A stretch of DNA of 63,910 nt, counting the filler, from an uncultured bacterium (GTDB lineage: Bacteria; CAZSTA01), in NCBI GenBank assembly GCA_964609495.1. It is 8 parts of 8 records of this genome, joined end to end, with 100 filler letters (N's around TTAATTAATTAA, not from the genome) between each part and the next. Parts side by side here need not be neighbours in the genome. Positions count along the whole stretch, not along the records: positions 17,054 to 25,411 come from CAZSTA010000167.1; positions 25,512 to 33,800 come from CAZSTA010000168.1; 6 more parts are not named here. One strand, written 5' to 3'. This document shows positions 19,578 through 29,216 of the stretch, in pieces. How positions within the stretch are numbered: position 1 is the stretch's first letter; each line of letters begins with the position of its first letter. A program made the position numbers and the translations under genes. The notes under the pieces were generated by a model. The model had not been told where the DNA came from, ran no database searches, and worked only from the letters and a program-made list of their open reading frames with translations.

Positions 19578-22500
19578 TTGAAAGTTGATTGGCAGGCGGA
19601 GTGGATTTGGTGTAAAGATCGACAAGTAGTGGAAAACTTTTATATATATGCGCGAAAAGTAGTGAACATCTCAGAAGAGATCATTGATGCTAAGGCGTAT
19701 TGCACCTGTTCTGGTGAATATAAACTTTATATAAACGGGCATTATATAGGACGAGGTCCTAATCCCTGCGATCCCAGATATCAATATTATGATGAATATG
19801 ATATTGCCGATCACCTTCAAATAGGGGATAATGTGATCGCCGTTTTATGCTACAATATTGGAGTTACCACCCACAGCAAACCGGGAGGTCCCGGGGGTTT
19901 CCTCTTCGAAGCTGACCTAAAAAGTTCTGGAGCTAAACAGAAGATAGTAACTGATAGTTCTTGGAAAGTTACTCAAGCTTATCCCTACGCTCAAAATTCC
20001 CCTCGTATTATGTGGTCCACCTCCTTCGAGGAGATATATGATGAGCGCAAGGAAGCGATCGGCTGGAATAAACCTGACTTCGATGATTCCTCCTGGGAAT
20101 CAGCGGAGGCTCTGGGTAAACCACCTCTTGCGTCATGGAGCAACCTGATAGAACGCCAGATACCGAAATTTCGGACTGTAAATGTATCCCCAGTGAGCAT
20201 CAAGAGGGTAGGAAAATGTATAAGAAAGCCGGGCTTATCCTTTGTTAATTTCACCTCGCTTTTCAGTTCCGAGGAACATAACATCGCTTATGCTTTAACT
20301 TATGTGCGCTGTGCTGATTGGATAGAAGCTACTCTACGTGTAGGTTGTGATGATGGAATAAAGGCTTGGTTGAATGATGAGAAGATCTTGGAATATCATT
20401 GGCATCGGACTTGGGGATTAAAACCAGATAGCGTTGATGTAACCTTAATTAAAGGGTGGAATAAGCTCTTAATCAAGGTGGATCAGGGACCAGGAGGCTG
20501 GGGTTTCTCCTGTCAGTTGACGGATAGAAAAGGACAAAAATTATCTGATGTTTTCTACGCGGCTCACCCGGGTCGCATAACGGATAAAACTCCCTGGCTC
20601 ATCATCGGTCCTTTCGATAGTATCACCGATTATGAGCGAAGCAATATCTTTGACGATAGCTATCCTCCTAGCTACAAGCACTGCGCCGGTTTTGATAAGA
20701 TATATCCTCCCGAGAGGGGAATCAATGTCGGCCGTTCTTACAAGGGGAAAGGGGGAAAAGAAGTAGGTTGGCAATCCTTCTCCGAAGAATCGGAGATACT
20801 AGATGTCGCGACTTTGTTGAGGTGGGAGGATAAAGTTGAAGGGGATAAAGAAATTGTAATAGATGAGGAAGCTCTTCTCAAAGACGATGAAAGAGCTACA
20901 ATTATCGCTCCTATATCCGAGGGGGGAACTTTCCTCATCATAGATTTTGGACGAGAGGTTGTTGGATATCCCAGAATAACCCTTGAGGCCGAGAGAGGCG
21001 GAATTATGGATATAGGTTATGATGAGGAGTTAGATGAGAATGGATATATCGATCCGATGCGCCTGGGGTTAAGATATGCAGATAGGGTTATCCTTAGAGG
21101 GGGAGAACAGGAATGGATCGCCTTTAATCGACGTGCTTTTAGATATATGCAATTGACCTTTCGCTCTTGTCCCAGAGCAGTTAAGGTGAAGTCAGTTAGC
21201 CTGGATTTCGTGAGTTACCCAGTGGAGTATAAAGGCTCATTCGAGTGCTCAGATGAACGGCTGAATAAGATCTGGGATATAGGAAGATACACCTTACAAC
21301 TGTGTATGCAAGATCACTTTGAGGATTGTCCTACTAGAGAACATGCTCAATATCCGGGAGATGGACGAGTGGAATCGTTGGAGAACTATTATGCCTTTGG
21401 AGATGCCAAACTGACTGCTAAGGGATTATGGCAGTTAGTTCAATCGCAAGAGAGCGATGGTTGGTTTCATGGACAATATCCCAGTGGAACTAGACATAAC
21501 CTTCCTGATTATTGCGCGGTATGGGTATTATGGCTTTATGATTATTATCTTTATACTGGAGATACATCACTAGTCGAAAAGCTTTACCCCAATTTAAGGC
21601 TCCTTATGGATTGGTTCGTTCGCCAGAGCAATGAATATGGATTGATCTGCGATGCCGATAAGAAACCTTGGTGGGTCTTTATCGATCACGCTCCCCTCGA
21701 TAAGAGGGGAGAGGTTACCGCTCTTCAGTGTTTCTATCACGAGGCTCTTAGAAAGGCAGCTCTACTGGCTTCCGCTGTAGGAGATAAGAAACAAGCTGAG
21801 ATATATATAGAGAGAGCGGAGAAGGTTAGAGGGGCGATCAATGATCGCCTCTGGTCGAAGGAGAAAGGCGTGTATGTGGATTGTCGAGCAGAAGAGGGAC
21901 TGAGTAAGAATGTGAGCAGGCAAACTAACTTTTTAGCGATTCTCTTTGGAGTTGCCGATCCTAAGAACTGGCCTAGAATATATTCCTACATATATGGAAG
22001 AGCTGATGTAATGATTATCACTAATCCCTACTTCAACTTCTATGTATTAGCTTCCCTGTTTCACACTGAGCGATACGAAGAAGCCCTGGAGTTGATCCGC
22101 AGTTATTGGGGGAAGATGCTAGATATGGAAGTTACTACTTGGTGGGAGTGCTTAAATCCTGCTCATGATAAATACCCTCTGCCAAGATGGAGCTTATGCC
22201 ATGCCTGGTCAGGGGCACCAACCTATTATCTATCAGCCGAGATCTTGGGAGTAAAACCTACTAAGCCAGGTTTCGCTGGATTCTGTGTCCATCCTAAGCC
22301 CTTGGATTTGGATTGGGCTAGGGGAATAGTTCCTAGCCCTCGAGGAGACATAAGCGTATCTTGGGCTAATGATAAAGAGAGGTGTATCTTCGATCTAGCA
22401 GTTAATATTCCCGATAATTGCGAAGTGGATATAATAATGCCCTCCTTAGGATACCCTGCTAATGAGATATCCTTCGATGGAGAACTAGCTTGGAAGGACG

Positions 22501-22607
22501 GCCAGATAGTGACCCCGAAGGTTAGATGGGCGGAGGTTAAGGAGATCGAGGCAAAGATTCACTTCTTTACTAAAGCCCCAGGTTTGCATGTATGTGATAT
22601 ATCTTGA
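19578..22607 (+). CDS. Alpha-L-rhamnosidase-like glycoside hydrolase (GH78) with an inserted beta-sandwich domain
   Basis: YKLYING, IIDFGREVVG, FRYMQL, FECSDERLNKIW, DCPTRE and TTWWE...SLCHAWSGAP motifs. Confidence 0.9.
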   Translation: MKVDWQAEWIWCKDRQVVENFYIYARKVVNISEEIIDAKAYCTCSGEYKLYINGHYIGRGPNPCDPRYQYYDEYDIADHLQIGDNVIAVLCYNIGVTTHSKPGGPGGFLFEADLKSSGAKQKIVTDSSWKVTQAYPYAQNSPRIMWSTSFEEIYDERKEAIGWNKPDFDDSSWESAEALGKPPLASWSNLIERQIPKFRTVNVSPVSIKRVGKCIRKPGLSFVNFTSLFSSEEHNIAYALTYVRCADWIEATLRVGCDDGIKAWLNDEKILEYHWHRTWGLKPDSVDVTLIKGWNKLLIKVDQGPGGWGFSCQLTDRKGQKLSDVFYAAHPGRITDKTPWLIIGPFDSITDYERSNIFDDSYPPSYKHCAGFDKIYPPERGINVGRSYKGKGGKEVGWQSFSEESEILDVATLLRWEDKVEGDKEIVIDEEALLKDDERATIIAPISEGGTFLIIDFGREVVGYPRITLEAERGGIMDIGYDEELDENGYIDPMRLGLRYADRVILRGGEQEWIAFNRRAFRYMQLTFRSCPRAVKVKSVSLDFVSYPVEYKGSFECSDERLNKIWDIGRYTLQLCMQDHFEDCPTREHAQYPGDGRVESLENYYAFGDAKLTAKGLWQLVQSQESDGWFHGQYPSGTRHNLPDYCAVWVLWLYDYYLYTGDTSLVEKLYPNLRLLMDWFVRQSNEYGLICDADKKPWWVFIDHAPLDKRGEVTALQCFYHEALRKAALLASAVGDKKQAEIYIERAEKVRGAINDRLWSKEKGVYVDCRAEEGLSKNVSRQTNFLAILFGVADPKNWPRIYSYIYGRADVMIITNPYFNFYVLASLFHTERYEEALELIRSYWGKMLDMEVTTWWECLNPAHDKYPLPRWSLCHAWSGAPTYYLSAEILGVKPTKPGFAGFCVHPKPLDLDWARGIVPSPRGDISVSWANDKERCIFDLAVNIPDNCEVDIIMPSLGYPANEISFDGELAWKDGQIVTPKVRWAEVKEIEAKIHFFTKAPGLHVCDIS

Positions 22608-22659
22608 ACTCAGATTTAATCGGATGATGTGTAGTATCAGCCGATTCTTACGAACTCCT

Positions 22660-22800
22660 TATCCCTCTCCCACGAGGGGAGAGGGAACGCTGAGATCGAG
22701 CTAAAGCCATTTAGTCCCCCCTCCCTTGATGGGAGGGGGTTAGGGGGAGGGTGACAATTAACAAGATCTCTGATAGCCTTATTAATTCAGCAAAAACCAA
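22660..22800 (+). repeat. Composite REP-doublet repeat (~141 bp)
   Basis: Nearly identical to 33963-34103: two hairpins followed by AATTAACAAGATCTCTGATAGCCTTATTAATTCAGCAAAAACCAA. Confidence 0.85.
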
Positions 22801-22885
22801 TTTTGGCCAATGATTACACCACACTGGTACAGATACATCCCTACATTATATATTTTTTCTTTTTAAAGGCGGGGTTCGGAATTTC

Positions 22886-22964
22886 ATATAACGTTTCGTG
22901 GCTATGTGAAGCCCATAAGGGTTTGGGTGAACACAGAGTGCGAACCGCATACCTGCTGTTAGGC
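22886..22964 (-). mobile_element. Integron attC site of the msrAB cassette
   Basis: Minus strand: R'' GCCTAAC ... inner inverted boxes GGTATGCG / CACATAGCC ... R' GTTATAT. Starts 34 bp after the msrAB stop. Confidence 0.75.
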
Positions 22965-22998
22965 GAAGTTATTAACAAGACACCTTTCCTGCTCATGG

Positions 22999-24141
22999 CT
23001 ATCTTTGTTTTCCCTCATATAAACTCAGGTAAGCACCATATCCCTCTTTCACAAGCTCTTCCTTTGGCATAAAATACAAAGCCGCTGAGTTTATACAATA
23101 TCGGAGTTTCGTTGGTGGTGGCCCGTCATGAAAAAGATGCCCCAGATGAGAATCTGCATGCAGGCTTCTCACTTCAATTCTGGTCATTCCAAGAGATTTA
23201 TCACTTCTCTCAACTAAATTTTCGGGTTCAAGAGGTTTTGTAAAACTTGGCCAACCTGTTCCCGAATCAAATTTATCTAGGGAACTGAATAGAGGTTCTC
23301 CCGATACTATATCCACATATATACCTTCTCTATGATTATCCCAGTATTCATTCTTGAATGGAGGTTCAGTGTAATTATCTTGAGTCACACTGTATTGTAA
23401 AGGGGTTAAAGTATTTTTCAATTCTTCCTTTGAAGGCTTCTCATAACCGAGCCAATAACTCTGCCTCTCAGGGAAAAGTCTAAAATGCTTATGAAGCTCC
23501 CATGCCTTTAATGTGAACCTGTCCCTCCCGGACGCTTTGTGATAACTTTCAAACTTCACGGAATATCTCTCATAATAATTCTGATGGTAATCCTCTGCAG
23601 GATAAAATTCTTTAGCAGGAAGAATCTCGGTTGCAATTTTAGACTCAAATATATTTGCTAATTCTATCCTGTTCTTTGACTCCTCTGCAAGGTAGCGCTG
23701 TTCATCATCAAGATAAAATATCGCTGTTCGGTACTGGGTTCCTTTATCATAGAATTGTCCACTCGGGTCTGTTGGGTCTATATTTTTCCAGAAAACTTCT
23801 AGTAATCTCTCATAAGAGAGCTTTGTGTTATCATATTTCACACGGATAGATTCATAGTGTCCGGTGTTACCTTTAGAAACTTGCTCATAAGTTGGATTTT
23901 TTACCTTACCACCTGTATAACCAGATACCACTTCTATAACTCCTGGCAGTCTCTCAAATACGTATTCCATGCACCAGAAACAACCACCCGCGAATATCGC
24001 CATTTTAACCTCCTTCTTAATCAATGGTTTAGCGCTGTTTTTTAGATTCTTACTGTTATTAAATGAAAGTAAAAGCACACTAAGGATAACAAAAGCAACA
24101 ATTATTATTATGCTAGGTTTGAAAATTCTATTCCAGCCCAT
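22999..24141 (-). CDS. msrAB: Bifunctional peptide-methionine sulfoxide reductase MsrA/MsrB with an N-terminal membrane/signal segment (cassette-borne)
   Basis: MsrA motifs [10 protein letters not shown] and AEDYHQNYY; MsrB motifs [22 protein letters not shown] and RYCINSAAL. Confidence 0.93.
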   Translation of the reverse strand: MGWNRIFKPSIIIIVAFVILSVLLLSFNNSKNLKNSAKPLIKKEVKMAIFAGGCFWCMEYVFERLPGVIEVVSGYTGGKVKNPTYEQVSKGNTGHYESIRVKYDNTKLSYERLLEVFWKNIDPTDPSGQFYDKGTQYRTAIFYLDDEQRYLAEESKNRIELANIFESKIATEILPAKEFYPAEDYHQNYYERYSVKFESYHKASGRDRFTLKAWELHKHFRLFPERQSYWLGYEKPSKEELKNTLTPLQYSVTQDNYTEPPFKNEYWDNHREGIYVDIVSGEPLFSSLDKFDSGTGWPSFTKPLEPENLVERSDKSLGMTRIEVRSLHADSHLGHLFHDGPPPTKLRYCINSAALYFMPKEELVKEGYGAYLSLYEGKQR

Positions 24142-24172
24142 ATCACACCACCTCATCATTACAAGTAATTTC

Positions 24173-24257
24173 GCCTAACGTTTCGCGAATAGCCGAAGTT
24201 GCCGTAACGAGGTGAGGGTAATTTGAGCGAAGCGGAGCCAGCTATTCGCTGTTATAG
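24173..24257 (-). mobile_element. Integron attC site
   Basis: Minus strand: R'' CTATAAC, then GCGAATAGCTG pairing with CGGCTATTCGC, then R' GTTAGGC; 85 bp. Confidence 0.8.
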
Positions 24258-24272
24258 GCAGTAAATTGCCTT

Positions 24273-24412
24273 TTAATTTGTTAATTTATCTGTAATTTTT
24301 TGCAAATGGCCCTATAATTAATCCTGTAGGGATGGAAACAACTAAACCTAAAAAAATATCTGAAAAAACCTATGTTAACATAAGTCATAACTAGAGACAT
24401 AAAGAATCCCAT
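24273..24412 (-). pseudogene. Decayed small membrane-protein cassette (DUF2798-like)
   Basis: Reading across two frameshifts gives MGFFMSLVMTYVNIGF/SDIFLGLVVSIPTGLIIGPFAK/ITDKLTN, immediately before attC 24173-24257. Confidence 0.4.
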
Positions 24413-24500
24413 AAATCTTGACCCAGATACAAATTGTTATGCGATGTAGTGACTGCGGTTTAGCAAGAAGAACGTCTTATTCAGAAATGAAAATTACTTT

Positions 24501-25349
24501 TTAAATTACTAAACCGTCATAGGCTATCTCATATCCATGCTTTTTGCCATATTCAACTAAATTTGAATGTATGGGATTTCCTTCATGTGATATATGAGTA
24601 GCAAATAATCGAGTATTCTCTTTTAACAGATTTTCTTTTTTCATCCTTTGTACATGTTCGATAAATTGATTAGCATTCAGATGTCCATCCCCATCTATAT
24701 TCGGACCATAGGTATGATCAAGCACTACAATATCAAATTGAAGCTTCTTTTCATGAAAACCTTTCCATGTTTCTTCTGGGATAATATCAGTATCAGCACC
24801 ATAAAAAACAGTATAACCGTTTTCTGTAATGGTATATAAAAGTGAATCGACTGATTTATCGTGATTTGTGGGAAATGCTGAAATTTGATATTTTCCTGCT
24901 TTAAAAGATTGGAAATGTTTTACAGGATAAACACTTAGATTCATGCGTTTCTGTTCTTTTTGATCAAGAAGATCATTCACATAACCTTCGTTTCTTAACA
25001 TCTCTGACATCTTTTTGAGCGTTGCATTTGAAGCATAAAGTTGAAGATGGGGGATATTTACCACGGCATATTCTGATATACGAGTACTAAAATGTGATGC
25101 GTCAAAATGATCTGAATGCGAGTGAGTTTGTAAGCAATATCGGACATCTGCAATAGAAATGCTATGCATAAAAGAAGCAGTCATGATATCAGGTCCAAAA
25201 TCAATCAATAAGTCTCTGTTGATAAGTAGAGAAGATCTTTTTCTAAAATCTTTACCGCCAATTTTACGGGCTTGTTCGCATACTTCACATCGACAAAAGA
25301 CTAAAGGACATGAAGTCGCTGCTGCTGTTCCTAAAAAAGTAATTTTCAT
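24501..25349 (-). CDS. Metallo-beta-lactamase-fold hydrolase, PhnP-like (cassette-borne)
   Basis: FLGTAAA, CPLVFCRCEVC zinc motif, RKRSSLLIN, THSHSDHF, DGHL and ATHISH; AT-rich codon usage unlike the flanking host genes. Confidence 0.85.
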   Translation of the reverse strand: MKITFLGTAAATSCPLVFCRCEVCEQARKIGGKDFRKRSSLLINRDLLIDFGPDIMTASFMHSISIADVRYCLQTHSHSDHFDASHFSTRISEYAVVNIPHLQLYASNATLKKMSEMLRNEGYVNDLLDQKEQKRMNLSVYPVKHFQSFKAGKYQISAFPTNHDKSVDSLLYTITENGYTVFYGADTDIIPEETWKGFHEKKLQFDIVVLDHTYGPNIDGDGHLNANQFIEHVQRMKKENLLKENTRLFATHISHEGNPIHSNLVEYGKKHGYEIAYDGLVI

Positions 25350-25511
25350 ATTTTTTATTCCTTATTTAAGTTGATTATAGATAAAACGGAGCAGTCACTA
25401 TTTCGTATAACNNNNNNNNNNNNNNNNNNNNNNNNNNNNNNNNNNNNNNNNNNNNTTAATTAATTAANNNNNNNNNNNNNNNNNNNNNNNNNNNNNNNNN
25501 NNNNNNNNNNN

Positions 25512-25673
25512 GAGGGCTTCGTTCGTTTGGGAAGGCAAGCGGGAAAGGTAAGGATGCGGGATATAGCCAACTTATACTTTAAGAGAGCTGTGGAACTTGA
25601 TCCAGAAAGGGTTTTGGAGGTAAGGGAGATAGCGAGGAGGGCGGGAGTATCTATGGGAGGGTGGTGGGGCTAA
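25512..25673 (+). CDS. 3' fragment of a TPR-like protein
   Basis: Open frame from the contig start, ...ANLYFKRAVELDPERVLEV..., ending at TAA 25671. Confidence 0.4.
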   Translation, partial: EGFVRLGRQAGKVRMRDIANLYFKRAVELDPERVLEVREIARRAGVSMGGWWG

Positions 25674-25703
25674 ATCGCTTAGCTGGGAAGCTGGTGTCGA
25701 AAT

Positions 25704-26774
25704 ATGGGGAAGCTGAGATTAGAGAGGGAACTGGATAAATTAAGGTTCTTTATGCAGGAGCTGGAAGAGATTAGAATTAAGGAGATGATAACGGAGGAAC
25801 AATATCAGAGCATCAAGGAGGAATATGAAACTAGAATAACTCAGGTGGAGGAACAATTAATTCGAGATGGACCAATATTAACTTGGAAGAATATCTCCCG
25901 AAAGTGGGAGAGGATAGCCCTCTATCTAGGAGCATTCCTTATTTTATCGGCACTTCTTATATTTATAGGTGGAAAGTGGTCTTATTTCTCTAAATATACT
26001 AAAACCTTTCTCCTTTTAATGCTTAACTATATCGCTTATGCAGGTGGATACCTAATTTTGAAGAGAAAGGGAATGCGCAATACTGGTTTAGCTTTGATGA
26101 TCATAGCCTCGATATTGAGCTATGGTTCATTAATATATCTTGCTGATCAATACTTTGGATTTTTGAGTAACTCGGAGCAAATGGATGTTCTTGTCATCAT
26201 TAGTTTAGTCTGCTCCATTATCTATTCTGCCTTAGCTTATATTGTAGACTCGAAAGTATTTATGTATATATCCTCTCTAACTTTAACTATATCTTACCTC
26301 GTTTTTATAATAAGGATAAACGATCTCCTTAGGATGCAGAATATACCGTTATTCTTTGCCTTTTATCCCTATGGATTACTTGGACTTGGTTTAGGTCGGA
26401 CTCTCCAACGTTATTCTAATAAATCGTTTGCGACCCCTTTCTATTTCCTAGGGCTATTATCTATCTTGGGAGCTACTTTGGTTCGATGTATAACCCCCGG
26501 TTATACAGGCTCGGAAACTTTGCCCTACCTAGCTTTGCTGATCGTCATATCCTCAATAGCTATCGGAATCGGATTAAGATATCGTCTGAAATCATTCTTA
26601 ATATTTGGTGTCTCTTTCCTCTTCCTTAGCATAATAACTGTATATGTTAGCTATATAGGTCCCCTTATTCCCGTAGAGCTCTCCCTCATCATCGGAGGAA
26701 TAATTTTATTGATGATAGGAGTAATTTGGAGAGGGAAGAAGGGGAAGATAAGGGAAGGCTTGAGAGGATGGTAA
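25704..26774 (+). CDS. DUF2157-like multi-pass membrane protein
   Basis: N-terminal MITEEQYQSIKEEY motif, then LYLGAFLILSALLIFIGGKW and about 10 TM helices. Confidence 0.7.
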   Translation: MGKLRLERELDKLRFFMQELEEIRIKEMITEEQYQSIKEEYETRITQVEEQLIRDGPILTWKNISRKWERIALYLGAFLILSALLIFIGGKWSYFSKYTKTFLLLMLNYIAYAGGYLILKRKGMRNTGLALMIIASILSYGSLIYLADQYFGFLSNSEQMDVLVIISLVCSIIYSALAYIVDSKVFMYISSLTLTISYLVFIIRINDLLRMQNIPLFFAFYPYGLLGLGLGRTLQRYSNKSFATPFYFLGLLSILGATLVRCITPGYTGSETLPYLALLIVISSIAIGIGLRYRLKSFLIFGVSFLFLSIITVYVSYIGPLIPVELSLIIGGIILLMIGVIWRGKKGKIREGLRGW

Positions 26775-26797
26775 ATGACTTTTGTCTCAAAAATTCC

Positions 26798-26826
26798 TTG
26801 ACAAGTGGATAACCGTCTTGTATAAT
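26798..26826 (+). promoter_or_regulatory. Consensus sigma70 promoter of the cmk operon
   Basis: TTGACA-17 bp-TATAAT. Confidence 0.75.
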
Positions 26827-26859
26827 TTGATAGACATTTGGATGGGCGAGGGGGTAATT

Positions 26860-27552
26860 TTGGGCGCTTCTAAACTTACCATAGCTATCGATGGGCCAGC
26901 CGGAGCGGGGAAGAGCACTATAGCAAAGTTAGTAGCCCAGAGATTAGGCTATCGCCACCTCGACACCGGGGCTATGTATAGAGCTGTGACTTGGAAGGCT
27001 ATACAAGAGGGGGTCTGCATCTCTTCGGAAGAAGCTTTAGGAAAATTAAGCGAGGAGATAAAGATCGAGATCGGGAATGATTCTAGGATATTTATCGACG
27101 GAGAAGATATAACCGAGAAGATAAGGAGCCCCGAGGTAGATAGGGCTGTTTCTCCCGTATCTAAGGTTGCCGAAGTTAGGGAGGAATTAGTAGCTCAGCA
27201 GAGGAGGATGGCTCTTGGCAAGGCGGTAGTGATGGAAGGAAGGGATATCGGGACCGTTGTTCTTCCGCAGGCTGATGTCAAGATATACCTAACGGCTTCC
27301 CTGGAGGAAAGAGCCAGACGCAGGGTTAAGCAGTTGAAGGAGAAGGGGATTTCAGTTGATCTGGAGACGGTAATAGCTGAGATAAAGAGACGGGATAGTA
27401 TGGATAGCGAGAGAGCGCTTGCTCCTTTACGCAAGGCAGATGAGGCGGTGCTTATTGATACCACTTCTATGTCCATTGAGGGGGTCGTCGAGGCTGTGCT
27501 TGAGCAGGTGGAAAGGAGAGCGGAAAGTTGTTCTACCGCTTCGCCAAAATAG
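26860..27552 (+). CDS. cmk: Cytidylate kinase
   Basis: IAIDGPAGAGKST, DTGAMYRA and MEGRDIGTVV motifs; TTG 26860 follows GAGGGGG. Confidence 0.96.
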   Translation: MGASKLTIAIDGPAGAGKSTIAKLVAQRLGYRHLDTGAMYRAVTWKAIQEGVCISSEEALGKLSEEIKIEIGNDSRIFIDGEDITEKIRSPEVDRAVSPVSKVAEVREELVAQQRRMALGKAVVMEGRDIGTVVLPQADVKIYLTASLEERARRRVKQLKEKGISVDLETVIAEIKRRDSMDSERALAPLRKADEAVLIDTTSMSIEGVVEAVLEQVERRAESCSTASPK

Positions 27553-28160
27553 TGATGTTCATACTCTTCAAGCTCCTCTTCCGAGTGAAGGTGGAGGGGA
27601 GGGAGAATATCCCTGCGAAGGGTCCAGCTATTTTCGCCTCTAATCATACGAGTTATGTAGATCCTATAGTGATCGGGATATCAGTGAAGCCCCAGGTGAC
27701 ATTCTTGGCGAAGAGGGAACTTTTCTCGGTGCCGATATTAGGTAGCATTATCAAGATGCTGGGAGCTCTTCCGGTGAGGTCAGGAGTAGCTGATAGGGAA
27801 TCCTTGCGAAAGATCCTTGAGGCTTTGCAGGATGGCAAGTTCGCTGGTTTATTCCCAGAGGGGACGAGAAGCAGAGATGGAGATCTTCTTCCTCCTCGTA
27901 TGGGAGTAGCTATGATAGCTCTTAAAACTAATTCTCCTATTGTTCCTACCGCTATTAGCGGCACTTATAAGGTGCTTCCAGCGGATGCCCACTTTATACG
28001 CCTCGCTCCTGTCAAAATTCGCTTTGGTCCTCCTATATATCCCGAGGATTTTGCGGATAAGAGGGATAGAAGGCAGTTGATAAGTGAGCAGATTATGGAG
28101 GAGATAAGAAGGTTGTTGGAAATTAATAAAAGGAGTGAGGAGAGAAAGCAAGCTGGGTGA
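27528..28160 (+). CDS. plsC: 1-acyl-sn-glycerol-3-phosphate acyltransferase
   Basis: NHTSYVD, FLAKREL and FPEGTRS motifs. Confidence 0.93.
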   Translation: MFYRFAKIVMFILFKLLFRVKVEGRENIPAKGPAIFASNHTSYVDPIVIGISVKPQVTFLAKRELFSVPILGSIIKMLGALPVRSGVADRESLRKILEALQDGKFAGLFPEGTRSRDGDLLPPRMGVAMIALKTNSPIVPTAISGTYKVLPADAHFIRLAPVKIRFGPPIYPEDFADKRDRRQLISEQIMEEIRRLLEINKRSEERKQAG

Positions 28161-28183
28161 TCTCAATTAACGGAGTGGAATTT

Positions 28184-29040
28184 ATGGAAGTTATACTGGC
28201 TGAATGTGTCGGTTTCTGTTCAGGGGTAAAAAGGGCGATACAAATGGCTTTAGATATCGCAGAGGAAAATAAGGGCCGGAAGATATATACCTTGGGGGAT
28301 ATCATTCATAATCCCCCTGAGATAGAAAGGCTTAGAGAACAGGGGATCGAGAAAGTAGAAGATATATCCTTGGCTAAGGACGGGATCTTGATGATTCGCT
28401 CTCACGGCGCTCCTCCTGAAGTTATAGAAGAGGCTCATAGGCAGGGGATAGAAGTGATAGATACTACCTGCTCGAAAGTGCGAACTGCTCAGAACTTAGC
28501 TGCCTCCCTGAAGAGGGAGGGATATAAAGTGGTGATAGTGGGCGATAAAGCACATCAGGAAGTAATAGGAATTTTAGGATATGTGGGTGGAGAAGCAATA
28601 GTGATTCAGAATGAGGAGGAAGCTCGTCAACTGCCTAGGATGAAGAGGGTAGGGGTTATCGCTCAAACTACCCAATCTCACGATGATTTCGAGAGAATTC
28701 GGAAGATTTTAACGGAGAAGGCTGGAGATATAAAGGTATATAACACTATATGCTATGAGACTGTAAAGAGGCAGGATACTGCAAGAGAACTAGCAGGACA
28801 GGTAGATATAATGATCGTAGTAGGCGGACATAATAGTGCCAATACGAAACGCCTGGCTGAAGCCTGTCGCCGAGCAGGGGTTGAAACCTATCATATAGAG
28901 GATCCTAGTGAGTTAGAGGAGAAATGGTTCATCGGCAAGAAGAAGGTTGGTATGACCACCGGAACTTCGACTCCCGACTGGATGATAACGAAAGTTAGAG
29001 AGGCAATAGAGCATATCCCTGGAAGAAACCGTATAGAAGT
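28184..29040 (+). CDS. ispH: 4-hydroxy-3-methylbut-2-enyl diphosphate reductase; 3' end falls in an assembly gap
   Basis: GFCSGVKRA, IIHN, RSHG, DTTC, AQTT, NTIC, SANTKRL and GTSTPDW motifs. Confidence 0.95.
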
Positions 29041-29216
29041 NNNNNNNNNNNNNNNNNNNNNNNNNNNNNNNNNNNNNNNNNNNNNNNNNNNNNNNNNNNN
29101 NNNNNNNNNNNNNNNNNNNNNNNNNNNNNNNNNNNNNNNNTAAAGGCGAGGAAAATTAAGAAGACCTCCAGCTCTTAGGCAGCGAAAGAGAGGAGGCCGA
29201 TCAGGAGGTAATAGTT

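Noticed and set aside
24501-25349. Cassette MBL-fold gene as an antibiotic-resistance beta-lactamase
   Set aside because: No signal peptide, and the CxCxxC zinc motif points to the PhnP-like phosphodiesterase group.
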